Assembly: GCF_963921235.1 (NCBI RefSeq)
Contig: NC_086105.1
Location: 46,066,001-46,130,000, forward strand
Direction: 5' to 3'
Source: Mobula hypostoma
Lineage: Eukaryota
Length of the DNA stretch: 64,000 bases
Shown: in pieces, positions 26,371 through 38,124 of the stretch
Layout of the letters: every line of letters begins with the position of its first letter
How positions within the stretch are numbered: position 1 is the first letter of the stretch
Notes under the pieces: model-generated
What the model was told of the DNA's origin: nothing
The model's database searches: none
The model's input: only the letters and a program-made list of their open reading frames with translations
Made by a program: the position numbers and the translations under genes

Positions 26371-27299
26371 TTGCCTCAAAGGTCTTCCTGAGCACCAACA
26401 AAAACTATTCCATTTCTTCAGACATCTATAATTTGACTTTGCCCGTAAGGTGGAAAGTAACTCTGGTAATCATACCCCTATATAGACAAGACTAGTGAGA
26501 AGGAACATGAAAGATGGAGAAAACAAGTTCATGCCACATGGATGGCCTGCAAGACTTTGCCAAATTACTTATAAAACTCCCACAGTGGAACACAGTGGGA
26601 AATTAAACCGCAGGAGCCTCCAGCACTGCTGTCAGTTCACAAAGAGTTAATCAAATTGCAGCATGGAGCTGCAGCCCGAGAACATGGGTCCTCCTGATTC
26701 AATCCATAAATGTTTGCTATCATGGGAGATATATCCAACCCTTGGGAGAGGAAATTCCAGGCAGACTTTTCCTCATTTCTCTTAGACAACACAGACATGA
26801 AAAGATGTGGCTAGATAAATGTGGCTATGATAAATACAAGTTTCATTAAACTTTTTGAAATTGCCCCTCCATCCGGCTGGGATATATGCAAGGTTGCCAA
26901 ATAATTAACAATATTAATTGCAAGTCCATCACATGATTTTACATTAATAGATTTTCACTATCTTTTATTTGCTCAATGGAAAACTCTTTGCCTTTATAAC
27001 CTCCGACAATGTAATTTACATTTCTCCCTGAGTTCAATATGCTTATCCTTTCCAGTGTCAGTGGCGTCTTCCAGACTTAAGGGAAAATAAGTCAGTCTTC
27101 AACCAGATTGACTAGCTCCAAGTGTCATGAAGAAACAGCACACAAAGGCTCCGGAGCCAAGCAATATTCCAGCTACAGCAAGGAGGACCTGTACTCTATA
27201 ACCAGCCATATCGCTAGCTAACATTTCCAGTGGACTTACAAGATTGACATCTGCACAACATTGCAAAACGTAGTCTCGTTCACAAAAAGCAGAACAAAT

Positions 27300-27515
27300 A
27301 GATAGCTCAGTGGTGCAGTGGTAGAGCTGCTGCCTCACTAAGTCATGTGAATTGTCTCTAGTATGCAGGCTGATTTCTAAAATTTGGGGGTGGGGAGGAA
27401 ATGATAGATTTGGAATTGAGGGGAATGCAAGGAGAATAGGCTTCATGGAGGAATACAGTAAATGGATGCTTGGTGGGCAGTACAGACCTGACGGGCCAAA
27501 AGGCCTCTGTCCGAG
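27300..27515 (+). mobile_element. Deleted V-SINE copy
   Basis: Head gtggtgcagtggtagagctgctgcctcac; CR1-like tail gggccaaaaggcctctg. Confidence 0.5.
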
Positions 27516-27559
27516 AGTAAATCCAATTTGGCTAACTACTACCAAATTAGCCAACTCTC

Positions 27560-28150
27560 AATCATCAGCAAAGCAAGGGAAGATGATGTAAACTGTGCTA
27601 TCAAGTGGCATTTACTCTTACTAATGCCCAGTTGGGTTTCACCAGGGGGCACTTAGCTTCAGACCGCGTCACAGCCTTGGTCCATTCATGGACCAAAAAG
27701 CTGAATCTTGATGCCCTTGGACATTTGACTGTGTGCAACATCAAGGTGCCCTGGGCATCAATGGGAAATCACTCCAATGGTTGGAATAGTTCATCGAACA
27801 AAGGAAAATCATTGTGGTAGTTGGAGGTCTACATTCCTAGGCCCAGGGCATCACTACATGAATTCCTTAGGCAGTGCCCTTGACCAGACGCCCTCCATCA
27901 ATGGCCATGAAGCAGGGATGTCTGATAATGATTGCTTAATGTCCAATCCCATTTGTAACTCCTCAACAAATAAAACAGTCACCAAAGACTCTAGAAAATT
28001 TCTAGAGATGTACCGTGGAGAGCATTCTAACAGGTTACATCACCGTCTGGTATGGAGGTAAAGAATGTTGCAAACTCAGCCAGCTCCATCATGAGGCGAT
28101 GCCTGAGAAGGCCTGTATCCATCATTAAAGACGCCTATCACCCAGGACAC
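27560..28150 (+). mobile_element. LINE debris (CR1/L2-group RT piece followed by a Rex1 piece)
   Basis: LLTNAQLGF/VTALVHSWT-like RT segment; then gtggagagcattctaacaggttacatcaccgtctggtatgg (Rex1). Confidence 0.5.
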
Positions 28151-29280
28151 GATGTCAACAGAGTTGTACAGCCCAGAAACACACCCTGTGGCCTAACTGG
28201 TTCATACCAACTGAGACGCTTATCCATGCCAATCCAGCTTTCCTGCATTTGGCTCATATCTATCCTCCCTGTTTATATCCATATATCTGTCCAAATGCTC
28301 TTAACATGCTGTGATTGTACCTGCTACTACCATCTACTCTACCAGCACATTATGTATATGCATCTCCTTAGAAGTCCACACCATCAGGCTTACTGCTTCA
28401 CAGCCCAGGCCATCAGCCCCTCAGATCTCCTTTAATAGCCTTTAACCCTCTCACCTATGTCCTCCAATTATAGGGCTCTTTAACCTTTGATAAAGACTAT
28501 GAATATCTACCCTAACTACGTCCTTCATAGTTATGAAACTCTAAAAGATCATGCCTCTGCCTCCTGTACTCTAGTGAGAACAATTTCAGCCTATCCGATC
28601 TAATTTTAGGCAACATCCTGGTGAATCTCTTCTGCACTCTTTCCAGTCCGATCATATTCTTTCTACAGTGCAGTGATCAGAACTGCAGACGGTAATCCAC
28701 ATGTGGCCAAGCCAATGCCTTATTCAGCAGCAACATGATGTGCCAACTCTTGTACTCGTTGCCCCTGCCTATGACAATAAGTATGCTAAATACGTTCTTC
28801 ACTACCTAATCAACCTGTGACACCATTTTCAAGAAACTGAACTGTACCCAAGATCATTCTGATCATTAACACTCCTAAGGTCTCTTTTGTTTAATATGCA
28901 CATCTGCCCAGAACTAGGCAACCCAAAATGCATTATCTTGCACTTGTCTGTATTAAATTTCATCTTCCAGCATGCCATCCAACTTCCAATCGCTATTCTC
29001 ACTCTCCGCAACTTTACCAATCTTTAAGTTGTCTACAAACTTACTGATCAAACAGAACATTCTCATCCAAGTCATTTATGTATATGACAAATAACAAAAG
29101 TCCCCACATGGATACCTGTGGTACATCACTTGTTACAGACATCCAGTCTGAGAAACAATTATGCACCACCACCCTCTGCCTCCTCAGCAAGCCAATTTTG
29201 GATCAAGTCTGCCAAAAAAACTTGGACCCCAAGTGCCAGTATTTTCTAGAATTTGTCAAAATCTCACATTATTTGACATG
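28150..29280 (-). mobile_element. Old CR1 LINE 3' fragment
   Basis: ORF 28829..29020 WKMKFNTDKCKIMHFG; reverse-complement CR1 3' end. Confidence 0.75.
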
Positions 29281-29309
29281 AAAGGCTGTATGCCTTGCCT
29301 CCTGCACTA

Positions 29310-29760
29310 CTTGCTTTACACACAACTGTGAGGCTAAGCACAACTCCAATACATATTTAAGTTTGCTGATGACACCACTGTCGCTGCCCAAATCACAGGT
29401 GGTGACGAATCAGCATGTAGGAGGGAGATTGAAAATCTGGCTAAACGGTGCCACAACAACCACCTCTTACTCAATTCAGCAAGATCAAGGAGCTGATAAT
29501 TGACTTTAGGAGGATGCAAAACGATGGCTCATGAGCCAGTCCTCATCGGAGGATCAGAGGTGGAGAGGGCCAGTAACTTTAAATTCCTTGGTGCTATAAC
29601 TTCAGAGGACCTATCCCAGGTTCAGCAAGCAAGTGCAATTATGAAGAAAGCATAACATCACCTCTGCTTCCTTAGAAGTTTGCAAAGATTAGGCATAACA
29701 TCTAGACTGCTGACAAACTTCTATACTTGTGTGGTGGGGAGTATATTGATCAGTGTCAAA
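29310..29760 (+). mobile_element. Rex1-type RT fragment
   Basis: IFKFADDTTVA...ESACRREIENLAKRC...FKFLG. Confidence 0.75.
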
Positions 29761-29761
29761 A

Positions 29762-29880
29762 AAGCCAAACTATGATTCAATGTTGTAAAACAATAAAACA
29801 TGAAAACTTCCAAGAGTGGGGTGAATAGGCACCCCCCCCCCGGAAGTTTGCATGTTTTATTGTTTTTTATAGGCACTGTA
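29762..29880. mobile_element. Tc1-type TIR remnant with internal inverted duplication
   Basis: Ends ttataggcactgTA (reverse complement of Tc1-type TA-CAGTGCCTATAA); ggggtgaata motif. Confidence 0.6.
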
Positions 29881-29989
29881 TGTCTACTGCTTTGCCTTAA
29901 ACCATTTTTCTTAGTAACCTCCACACACAAAAAAAATCAGGTTTTCCAAATCGACATGAAGTACTAAGGAAGTGGTCTTCAATTTGATA

Positions 29990-30330
29990 GTGTTCATACT
30001 TCTACAGCAGCAGATTTTGCAGGTTGGAGAGATACTACTGGAGAGGAGTGGGTGAACGTATTTTGTGGATGGTATGCAATGCCAACGCTGAGTACTGTTA
30101 GGGGAGGAATGATATGTTTAGGGTGATAGATGTGGTCCTGTTCAAGTGGATTGCTTTGTCCTGAGTGGTTTTGAACATCCCAAGTGTTGCTGGAGCTGCA
30201 GTTATCCAGGAAAGTGAGGAGTTTCTCACCACCCTCTTAACTTTGCCTTTCTAGTTAGTGGAAAATCTGCTGTGTGTCAGGAAGGGAGTCACTCCTTGTA
30301 AGATATCCCACCTTCTCAGCTGGTCCAATT
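29990..30330 (-). mobile_element. Old CR1/L2-group LINE fragment
   Basis: Reverse-complement relative of 8080-8690. Confidence 0.5.
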
Positions 30331-32414
30331 GAGATATTGTGATGCACATTGACAAGAAACTCAACTCAATCAGCCACACAAAGTGTTTTGATCCAAAGCA
30401 CTGCCTGTCCATTTCCCTCCATAGATGCTGTCTGATCTGCTGAGTTCCTCCAGTGGCAGCAATCTTATCATCCACCGAGGAAAGTGTTACGTTTGTGTGG
30501 TTGCTGAGGGAACCAAAATCAGAATCAGGTTTATTATCACCAGCATGTGACGTGAAATTTGTTAACCAGCTGCTGACAATTCATTATAGAATAACTGATG
30601 AAAACTTTCAGCCCTGAAAGGAAAATTTTCTGTGGCAGTGGCAAAAGCTGGCTGCCATGGAATAAGATAGGCTTCATATGAGAGAAAGTGAGAGTGAGAG
30701 ATATTCAAAGAAAGGAACAAAGTGTTTATCTCCAAGAAACTTGACCTGTGTGCCAGCTCAACAGGATGAAGAAGATAAACTCCCTTCTTATTTGTAATAA
30801 GGCCACCAAGACTCAAAATGCCCTTGAGCAATAACCAAGCCTACTGACTTCCATTGACAGTAGGGATTATAGTGTGGGCATTTGCCAACATGTTTAACTT
30901 AATTTGTTGAAACCATGTATCTGACTTGGTGAGGGCACTGCCAATTTCGTCACTAGATAATTATGAATATTTATTAAGTCACAGAGCATAGAAACGCGAC
31001 CTTGCCAACTCTTCAGTACCCAAGATTACTAATAAGAGACGTTTACAGTCTCTTGGTCTGCACTGTACTATGCCTTGTTGATTCAAGAGCTTTCCCAATT
31101 GTTTCTCAAATGTATAACAGTATTTATCACTTTCTCAGGCACAGGCTGTTCAGAGCTGCAAATGGGACCTCAAACTGGCCCCAGTATTGAGGGAAGGAAA
31201 AGAACAATTGATGAGACACAAGAGACAGCTGGAATCTGACGCTGATTTCCGTTTTTGCTCATCATCCCTCACCTCCATTAACCTGCACATATGCAATTAG
31301 GCTGATTTCCAAGGTACACTGTACAGGGTCACACATGGTTAATGGGTGTACTGAGGGGGACTAGATGATTTTATGGGGATGTTACTCATATCACCCCAAG
31401 GACCTTCAGGAATGAAATTGAAGAAGTGAAGCTGGAAGACATTTCACAGAGAAGACTAAACAACTATTATGATTTTGTGATCTGCAGAAAGGTTTCATAC
31501 TAAACCCATACTAAACCTTGAATCAGCAGTGCAGATGGAACTGAATCTCTGTCAATCCCAACGGACATTCACTACTGTAAAGTAAAATCATTGAATAGAG
31601 GACGTAATTGAAGCCAGCCTGTCCATGCTACTCTAAATGTAAATGAGATTCTCACAGGAAGCTTCACACCATATTTTCCATCCTCTTAATTAACAGTGCT
31701 TGTGAAAGTCCGACATGGTTTTTCTCACACTCTTTTCTTTCAACTCAGTTAACCTTATTTATCTTGGATATTCTGATTACATTACAGGAAATGATAGTTC
31801 AAAACGTGATAACGGAAGGTATAATTAAGGAGGCCTGTTTCACTCCCTGCTCCAGTTTTGGTGACTAATAACCTGCCACATCTTATCGGTTATTTAATTA
31901 GTTGTTACAAAAGTCTTACACAAACTGATCTGAAAACCTGATTAAAAGTTGATTTGTCACGTTTTCAACGATGCTTTAAAAGATAATTATAATCTGTGGA
32001 ATGAGGGAAGTTTTGGCTTTCAAGTTTAGTAGCCCGTATCGAATTGATCAACAGTATAACAAGCTGACTGCACTATCTGCTGCCTTGTTCTTATCCAATA
32101 ATGGTACATACCTAGGAGGGCAAGGGGAGCAAGCACCAGAATGACTACCACAGTCAACTTCCTTCCAAATTATTTGACATACTGTCTTGAAAATAAATGT
32201 TGTTTGGCCGTAACTGTAGGTTCTAAATGTTAGAATTCCCCATCTAAATGTATCTTTGCCAACAGGATTCCATCGGTTCAAGAAAGTGGCTCACCACTAC
32301 TTTCTACAGGGAAAATAGGGATGGGCCTTGAATGTTGGCCTTGCTCATGAAGACCACATCCTGTAATGAATAAAAATGTACTATTCTTGGGAATGCTGTA
32401 TGCAATGGTACATA

Positions 32415-32810
32415 ATTCAGGATACCATATCGCTAGGGCAGATGGGGTTCATTAGCTGTGGCTGGCTGCTTACCTTGGAGAAGGAAAACTCTGATCCCGA
32501 ACTTCCGCTGCCTCGCGGCCATACCCACTCATGGGGAAGGCTTTGGGAGTAAACCTCGAGGGAGAATCCGGAACTGGAATCCCTAAGGCAGTCCCACATT
32601 GAGTTCAATATTGACTGGCAACTCCGGCAACACTTCTGGTACAAGCTGTATCACTCTCTGCCATTCCTATGGGTTCATCAGATGCGTGGACAGGGCGAGC
32701 TTGTTACATGGGCAACAGCTTGCTCTCCATATTGTACTGCCCAGGCTTGTGTATCTAGACAGCTGGGATGCAATACCCATCGTCAACTCTGATCAACAGA
32801 GGCCTCATCG
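32415..32810 (+). mobile_element. Non-autonomous retroposon with RTE-clade-like 5' UTR
   Basis: ggagaaggaaaactctga motif typical of RTE-group 5' UTRs; 3' part homologous to 51946-52119; no RT. Confidence 0.55.
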
Positions 32811-32849
32811 CTCATGCTGGCAGTACACAGTAACCGATCTGTAGTTACG

Positions 32850-33550
32850 TCATCTAGCCATTCAGAATAAATGGCCAAAAATACACCTTCAGTCCCTTAC
32901 ACTGGCCCCCATTCAAAAATGCTGTGGGTAATCTTTCACCTTAGTACCATTTTATCCTCACTGATTCCATATTTCACGATTCTCTTAATAAGCATGAACT
33001 CAAGAGACTGATCCTCCAAGCCCTCTTGGTTAGACAGGTTCACAACCCTCTGAAACTTCACTGCATTCACTCCAGCATTGCTTAGGAAGGAAGGCCAGAC
33101 TTGCCAAAGATGTCTCTAATCTTGTACTCAAATCTTTTCTGCAGTAAAGGCAAATGAACCATATACCTTTCTAAATGCTTGAGGTACCTGCAGATTGATT
33201 TTCAACAATTCATATACTGGGACATCAATTCCTTCCACTATACTGTCATCAAACAAAAATACTCCACTTCTTTTCTACTGAAGAAGATAATCTAATATTT
33301 TCACATCCATGTCTTTGCCCTTTCACTTAACCTGTTTATATCCCCTGGAGCCTCTCCCCGCAATTCACTCTGTTACCCAACACTGCACATAGCAATCTTA
33401 GATATATTATACTTAGTCTCCAATCTAAATTATTTACAGGGATTATGAACCGGCAGTGCCCCAGAACTATTTCCTGTAGCACACAACTAGTCACAGCTTC
33501 AGAAACCAAAAATGACACCTTTTTGCAATCCTTAACCAATCATCCCACAC
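32850..33550 (-). mobile_element. Old CR1 fragment
   Basis: ORF 33336..33539 AVTSCVLQEIVLG (decayed VTSGVPQGSVLG). Confidence 0.55.
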
Positions 33551-34060
33551 CAGACTATTAAACCTTGCTCAACAATTTTATTCTTTTAACTACCAATTTC
33601 CACTCTGTTCTCACCTTCTAATGGTTAATCTCCGACTCTTTTCTTTCCCTTCCTTTTATGGATCTCTCTCTGTCTCATTCTCAGGAGATAAACTAGCTAC
33701 TAGCACCTATTACAAGCCTGTTGACTCTCAAAGCTATCTCGACTGCTCCTTATCCCAGCCCGCCTCCCGTACGGACTCTATTTCATTCTCTCAGTTCCTC
33801 TGCTCCCACTGTATTTGTTCCAATGTCGAGACTTTCTGTACAGGCCCTTCTGAAATGCATTCCTTCATCCTGCATGGTGGCTTCGCTCTGGTCTGCCCCT
33901 CCTCAATTTCCTGTGCCTCTGATCTCAACTCTCCGTCCTACTGAGATTTAATAAGGATAGAATTCTTATCCATGCTCCAGCAGCTTCTGCATTCAATATA
34001 TCATCCTCTGCAATTTCGACCACCTTCAGAGAGAACCCACCACCAGAATCATCTTTCCCC

Positions 34061-34975
34061 TGTTACGTACCCCGTAACTGGGTTGCCAAACCAGCAGAAA
34101 TGGACCACTCAGTTGGAGTCTGGATTACTGGAACTAAGAAAGTTTTATTAAAGAAATAAGCAACACAGTACTCTAATAGTAAGGATATAAATGCAACAGG
34201 TTAGCAATGAATAAACACACATGTACACAGAACTAGGATAATAGGATCAATCAAGCTCTATCGCAGTCTAGGGGTAAATGACAGTTTCAAGTGATGCAAA
34301 GTTCACTTCAATTGAGTTCAGTTCAGTTCGCAGTAATCACTGTTGTGCCGTTGGGCGGGGAAAAGGAGAGAGAGCGAAAGCGAATGAATATTCAAAACGG
34401 ATTCCACACAGACTTTCGATATTCCTCGCAGTTAGCTTTCGGGCGAGTCCTTGGTAATGTCTTCTGAGGTCACCGACTGTGACCCCTCCGTTCCAGACAC
34501 GATCGTTCTTCAGCGGTGAACCCGGCACCCAGGCAAGGGCGGACACACACCAGGTTCCCGCCGACCATATCTTTCCACCCTGTGCGTCTATGGCTGGTCG
34601 CGCAACCAGACCTCCAAAACTCCCACCGACTTGTGGGGGTGCACCGCTTCCAGGGTCTTGTTACCTCATGGTGTCGTGTGTGTGGTGTCTTAGCAAACCT
34701 GCCCCTTTTTATCCCACTGCTGGGGTATCGCCTGTCCATCACACTTCAAACAGTTCAGGGTTCAAAAGGAGCCGGTCTTGACAATACTCAGACCAGTGTC
34801 TCCTTCCGTTAAACTCTCTCGTCTCTTCATTAACATTTCCAAATGCTGCTCCATTGTCTTACTTATCTCTCTCTCCTGAAGACAGGTGGCAAATCAACTG
34901 TTGATCCCACTGGTGCTAGCACAAGACAGTTAACATCTTAGTCTAGGTGTACTTTTGTAACCCTCTTTCGTCACA
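34061..34975 (-). repeat. 3' LTR
   Basis: TGTGACG...CGTAACA; minus-strand AATAAA at ~34144-34149; manual alignment to the 5' LTR gives 26 substitutions and one 2-bp indel. Confidence 0.95.
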
Positions 34976-34987
34976 CCCCTCTCCTTT
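34976..34987 (-). promoter_or_regulatory. Polypurine tract
   Basis: AAAGGAGAGGGG directly before the 3' LTR. Confidence 0.85.
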
Positions 34988-35150
34988 AAGGATTTTTACC
35001 GGGGTAAAAATTATAAGCATGAATACATTATTAGATACACACAAATATACATCTTCATCAGCTATTTGGCTAATACAGAGAATTTTAAGTTGTCAACACC
35101 TGGACAGAGAGTCAGCAATCACACTTTCCGTTCCTTTTATATGTGTTATT

Positions 35151-37059
35151 TTAATAATCCTCTAAATCAGGCTCCAACTTAGCAAACTTCATAGTGGCTG
35201 AAAACACTGATGAATTGTGATCAGTGTAACCTCTCACTGGGTTTCGTCCCGGACCACGATAACAAGGGTCGTCCCATCCCAACTTAGTTTTCTTTCGCAA
35301 GGGCTTAGTAGGAGGGGGAGTGGTAGTACCCGCAAAGTTATTGCAAAACTTCCTACAGTACCCCACCATCTCCAAGAGCCTTCTGAGGGCCCTCTTTTCT
35401 GTCGGGGTTGGGATGTCAGAGATAGCCCGCATCTTAGCTTGCATCGCTGCCAGCTGCCCGTGTTACCACAATTCCCAGATAAGTGACCTTCGCGTGGCCG
35501 AACTCATTTTTTTCAAGGTTCACTATCAAGCTGGCTTCAGACAGCCGTATTACATCGCCAATATACACTTCTGTGTTCTTTAGCCCTTTCGTCACTGAAT
35601 TACTCATTCTATAGGAATGTTGCTCACTAGGCTGTGCTAGTGTGACAAACACCACCCAACGTCCCAGTTCTTTGCATCGCCTCGGGACAATCAAACACAC
35701 GTGTGCGAGCTGTTTAATTAGCTCTCCTAAAGGGTCGCTTTGTTCGGGGATTAAGGGAGAGACCTTATCAGCAGAGCTGGCCAAAACAATAGCCTTCTCC
35801 CATCTGGTCGGTACCATACTCATCTTTTCAAAATGGTTTTTCCCCTTATCAGGTGGCATCCTAGCTTCATTAATTTTCATGATATCACCAGCTAGATCTG
35901 TTCTCTGACCGTGGTGGGCTTTTAACATGTTAATAGCCTCTAACTGTGTTAACTCACGTCTGCAATAGTCAATAACATCCTTCCTCCAGTGCAGCCAGTA
36001 AAACTCTTTCATGATTCCACCGACTGTTTCCTTCATCCCAAAATGTCCACCGAGGGGTATCTTGTGGGCTAGGTTAAGAATCTCATCCCCATAAATTTTT
36101 GGCACCATCCCCCATTCCTCATCTACGGGTACGGTACTTGGTCTCCCTTTCTTCCTTAGCACACCCTCCTCCACACAATAGCCTACTGGCTCTCTTCCTA
36201 ATTCTGTTTCACAGAGAGCTGTTTCCTCGTCTCGCTCCTGTGCCTGTATAAAGTCCTTCTTTTCTAATGATAAATCTACCTTAATTTCCCCACTTCCTCC
36301 TGTTTCATTACGCTCCTTCTTTTCACTTTCTACCCCCTCCTTGTACAAGGCTGGTAGAAACGTCTCAGCAGTGTCTCTGGACATACAGCGAGTCACTGCG
36401 CAAACAGGTTGAACCTGTGAGTCCATGGGCAGGGCCTCAATGCTGGCAGGCTGACCTGTCAATCTCACTGCCGAGAACACAATTCCCCCCGCGAGGTCAT
36501 TACCGAGCAAGACTTCCACGCCTTTCATCGGTAATTTGGGCCTCACCCCGATCGTGACTAGTCTAGAGACCAAGTTGCTTTGTAGGTGTATCTGGTGCAA
36601 GGGTACTGCTTCTGTCCCTTCCCCAATACCTTTGACCCTGACCTCCCCAGTCTGGGTCTCTGAACTAAACTCTAACACACTCTTCAATATCAATGACTGA
36701 CACGCTCCCGTGTCTCTCCAGATCCGTACTGGAACTGGGTTTAACCCTTCCTTCACCGACACCAATCCGGCCGAGATAAACCTCTCGCGCCCTTCCTGAA
36801 CTTTGGCAGACCTTTCCTCTCCTAGCGGTTCGTTTACCAGCTCGATACAGCCAGTCGAAATCACTGTTTTTCCTTTCCCCGTCTCCTTCTTTGGGGCAAA
36901 GCACCTGGACGCAAAGTGTCCGACTTTCCCATAATTATAACAGACGACCCCAGGAGACTTCCTACCAGACTGCTCCCGGTCTACCTTATCCTTCTCACTA
37001 GTCTCCGGCTTACTTTCTGACTTTTCTGGTGAACTCTCCCCGCAATCCTGACCACCCTT
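35151..37059 (-). pseudogene. Reduced pol: protease plus stubs of integrase, RT and RNase H
   Basis: Protease RDTGACQS...LLGNDL; IN Zn-finger LAHKIPLGGHFG...DYC without DDE core; INMLK (IN end); RT YIGD...NLEK.EFG..VTYLG; frameshift at ~35465 into RRLLEMVGYCRKFC...YTDHN. Confidence 0.85.
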
Positions 37060-38025
37060 CTAGTAGCCTTTACTTGGGGCAAAGTTCATTTTATGCGTCA
37101 ACGTGTACTCATCCGCTAACTTGGCAGTTGCAGCTAACGTGGCTGCCTCTTTCTCATCTAGGTAGGGTCTCATACCTTCAGGGACACAACCTTTAAACTG
37201 CTCAATCAGGATCAGCTGTAGCAGTCTGTCATAATCCCCATTCACCCCCTTCGAGGCACACCAATGCTCACAATATGTCTGCATCTCACGGGCAAACTCT
37301 AAATACGTGCGGTCCCACTGCTTCCTCGCATTCCGGAACCTTTGCCGGTATGCCTCTGGGACCAACTCATAAATCCTGAGGATGGCCTCTTTCACCACCT
37401 CATACCTCTGGGCATCTTCCGCAGACAAAGCCGAGTAAGCTTGTTGGGCTTTTCCTTTAAGTACACTCTGAAGCAAAACAGCCCACTTATCCCTCGGCCA
37501 GTCCTGACTTGCAGCAACTTTTTCGAAATGGAGAAAGTACTGATCCACATCGGTATCATCAAATGGGGGAACCAGCCTAACCTCCTGGGTTGCCCTGAAC
37601 CCTCCACCTTGGTTCGGCATGGGCCCCTGCTCTGCCATCATCTTTAACCTCTCCAGCTCGAATTCCCTTTCCCTCTGCCTCTCTTCTCGCTCCAACTGTT
37701 TGTCCCTCTCTCTCTCTTGCCATTCTGTTTTTCTTCGTGTTCTAGCTGCCGCACCCAGAACTCGTGCTCGAGTCTCAGTTTTTCCAAGCTGCACCTGTAT
37801 TGCGTCTCCAGCAGGTTTTTCAATAGACACCACCCCCAGCTCGCCTTGGGGAAACACACCTTTAGATACATAGTGCTCTACGATATCTCTGTGTATCTCC
37901 TCTCTCCTCATTGTCGACTTCCCCTTAACAAGATTCAACCGTTTGGCCCCAGCTACCAATTCGGCTTTCCTGGCATCCTCTAATGCCTCCAAGGTCGGCG
38001 CCTTTAGAAATTCCTCAATCTCCAT
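37060..38025 (-). CDS. Retrotransposon Gag with coiled coil and SCAN-like capsid domain
   Basis: LVPPF..YFLHFEKVA...LKGKAQQAYSAL...AYRQRFR...LILIEQF; a single TAG separates it from an in-frame zinc knuckle (CYNYGKVGHFASRC, C to Y change) and pol. Confidence 0.85.
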   Translation of the reverse strand: MEIEEFLKAPTLEALEDARKAELVAGAKRLNLVKGKSTMRREEIHRDIVEHYVSKGVFPQGELGVVSIEKPAGDAIQVQLGKTETRARVLGAAARTRRKTEWQERERDKQLEREERQREREFELERLKMMAEQGPMPNQGGGFRATQEVRLVPPFDDTDVDQYFLHFEKVAASQDWPRDKWAVLLQSVLKGKAQQAYSALSAEDAQRYEVVKEAILRIYELVPEAYRQRFRNARKQWDRTYLEFAREMQTYCEHWCASKGVNGDYDRLLQLILIEQFKGCVPEGMRPYLDEKEAATLAATAKLADEYTLTHKMNFAPSKGY

Positions 38026-38094
38026 TTCTGCTGTTTGCCTTTTCTTTCTTTCGGGAATTTTAACCCAATCAATTTACCCCGTCCCAAATTTAGC

Positions 38095-38120
38095 GTTCAA
38101 AATCGCGGATGAGAACCCCA
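38095..38120 (-). promoter_or_regulatory. Primer-binding site, degenerate tRNA-Pro type
   Basis: TGGGGTTCTCATCCGCGATTTTGAAC starts 4 nt after the 5' LTR; compare the tRNA-Pro complement TGGGGGCTCGTCCGGGATTTGAAC. Confidence 0.7.
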
Positions 38121-38124
38121 CTTA

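Noticed and set aside
31040-31075. Minus-strand TVQT as the missing Ig6 exon
   Set aside because: Followed by KRL-stop; no cysteine or splice context
37060-38025. Domesticated SCAN/gag host gene
   Set aside because: It sits between ~97% identical LTRs with TSD, PBS and PPT and has no C2H2 fingers, so it is a transposon ORF
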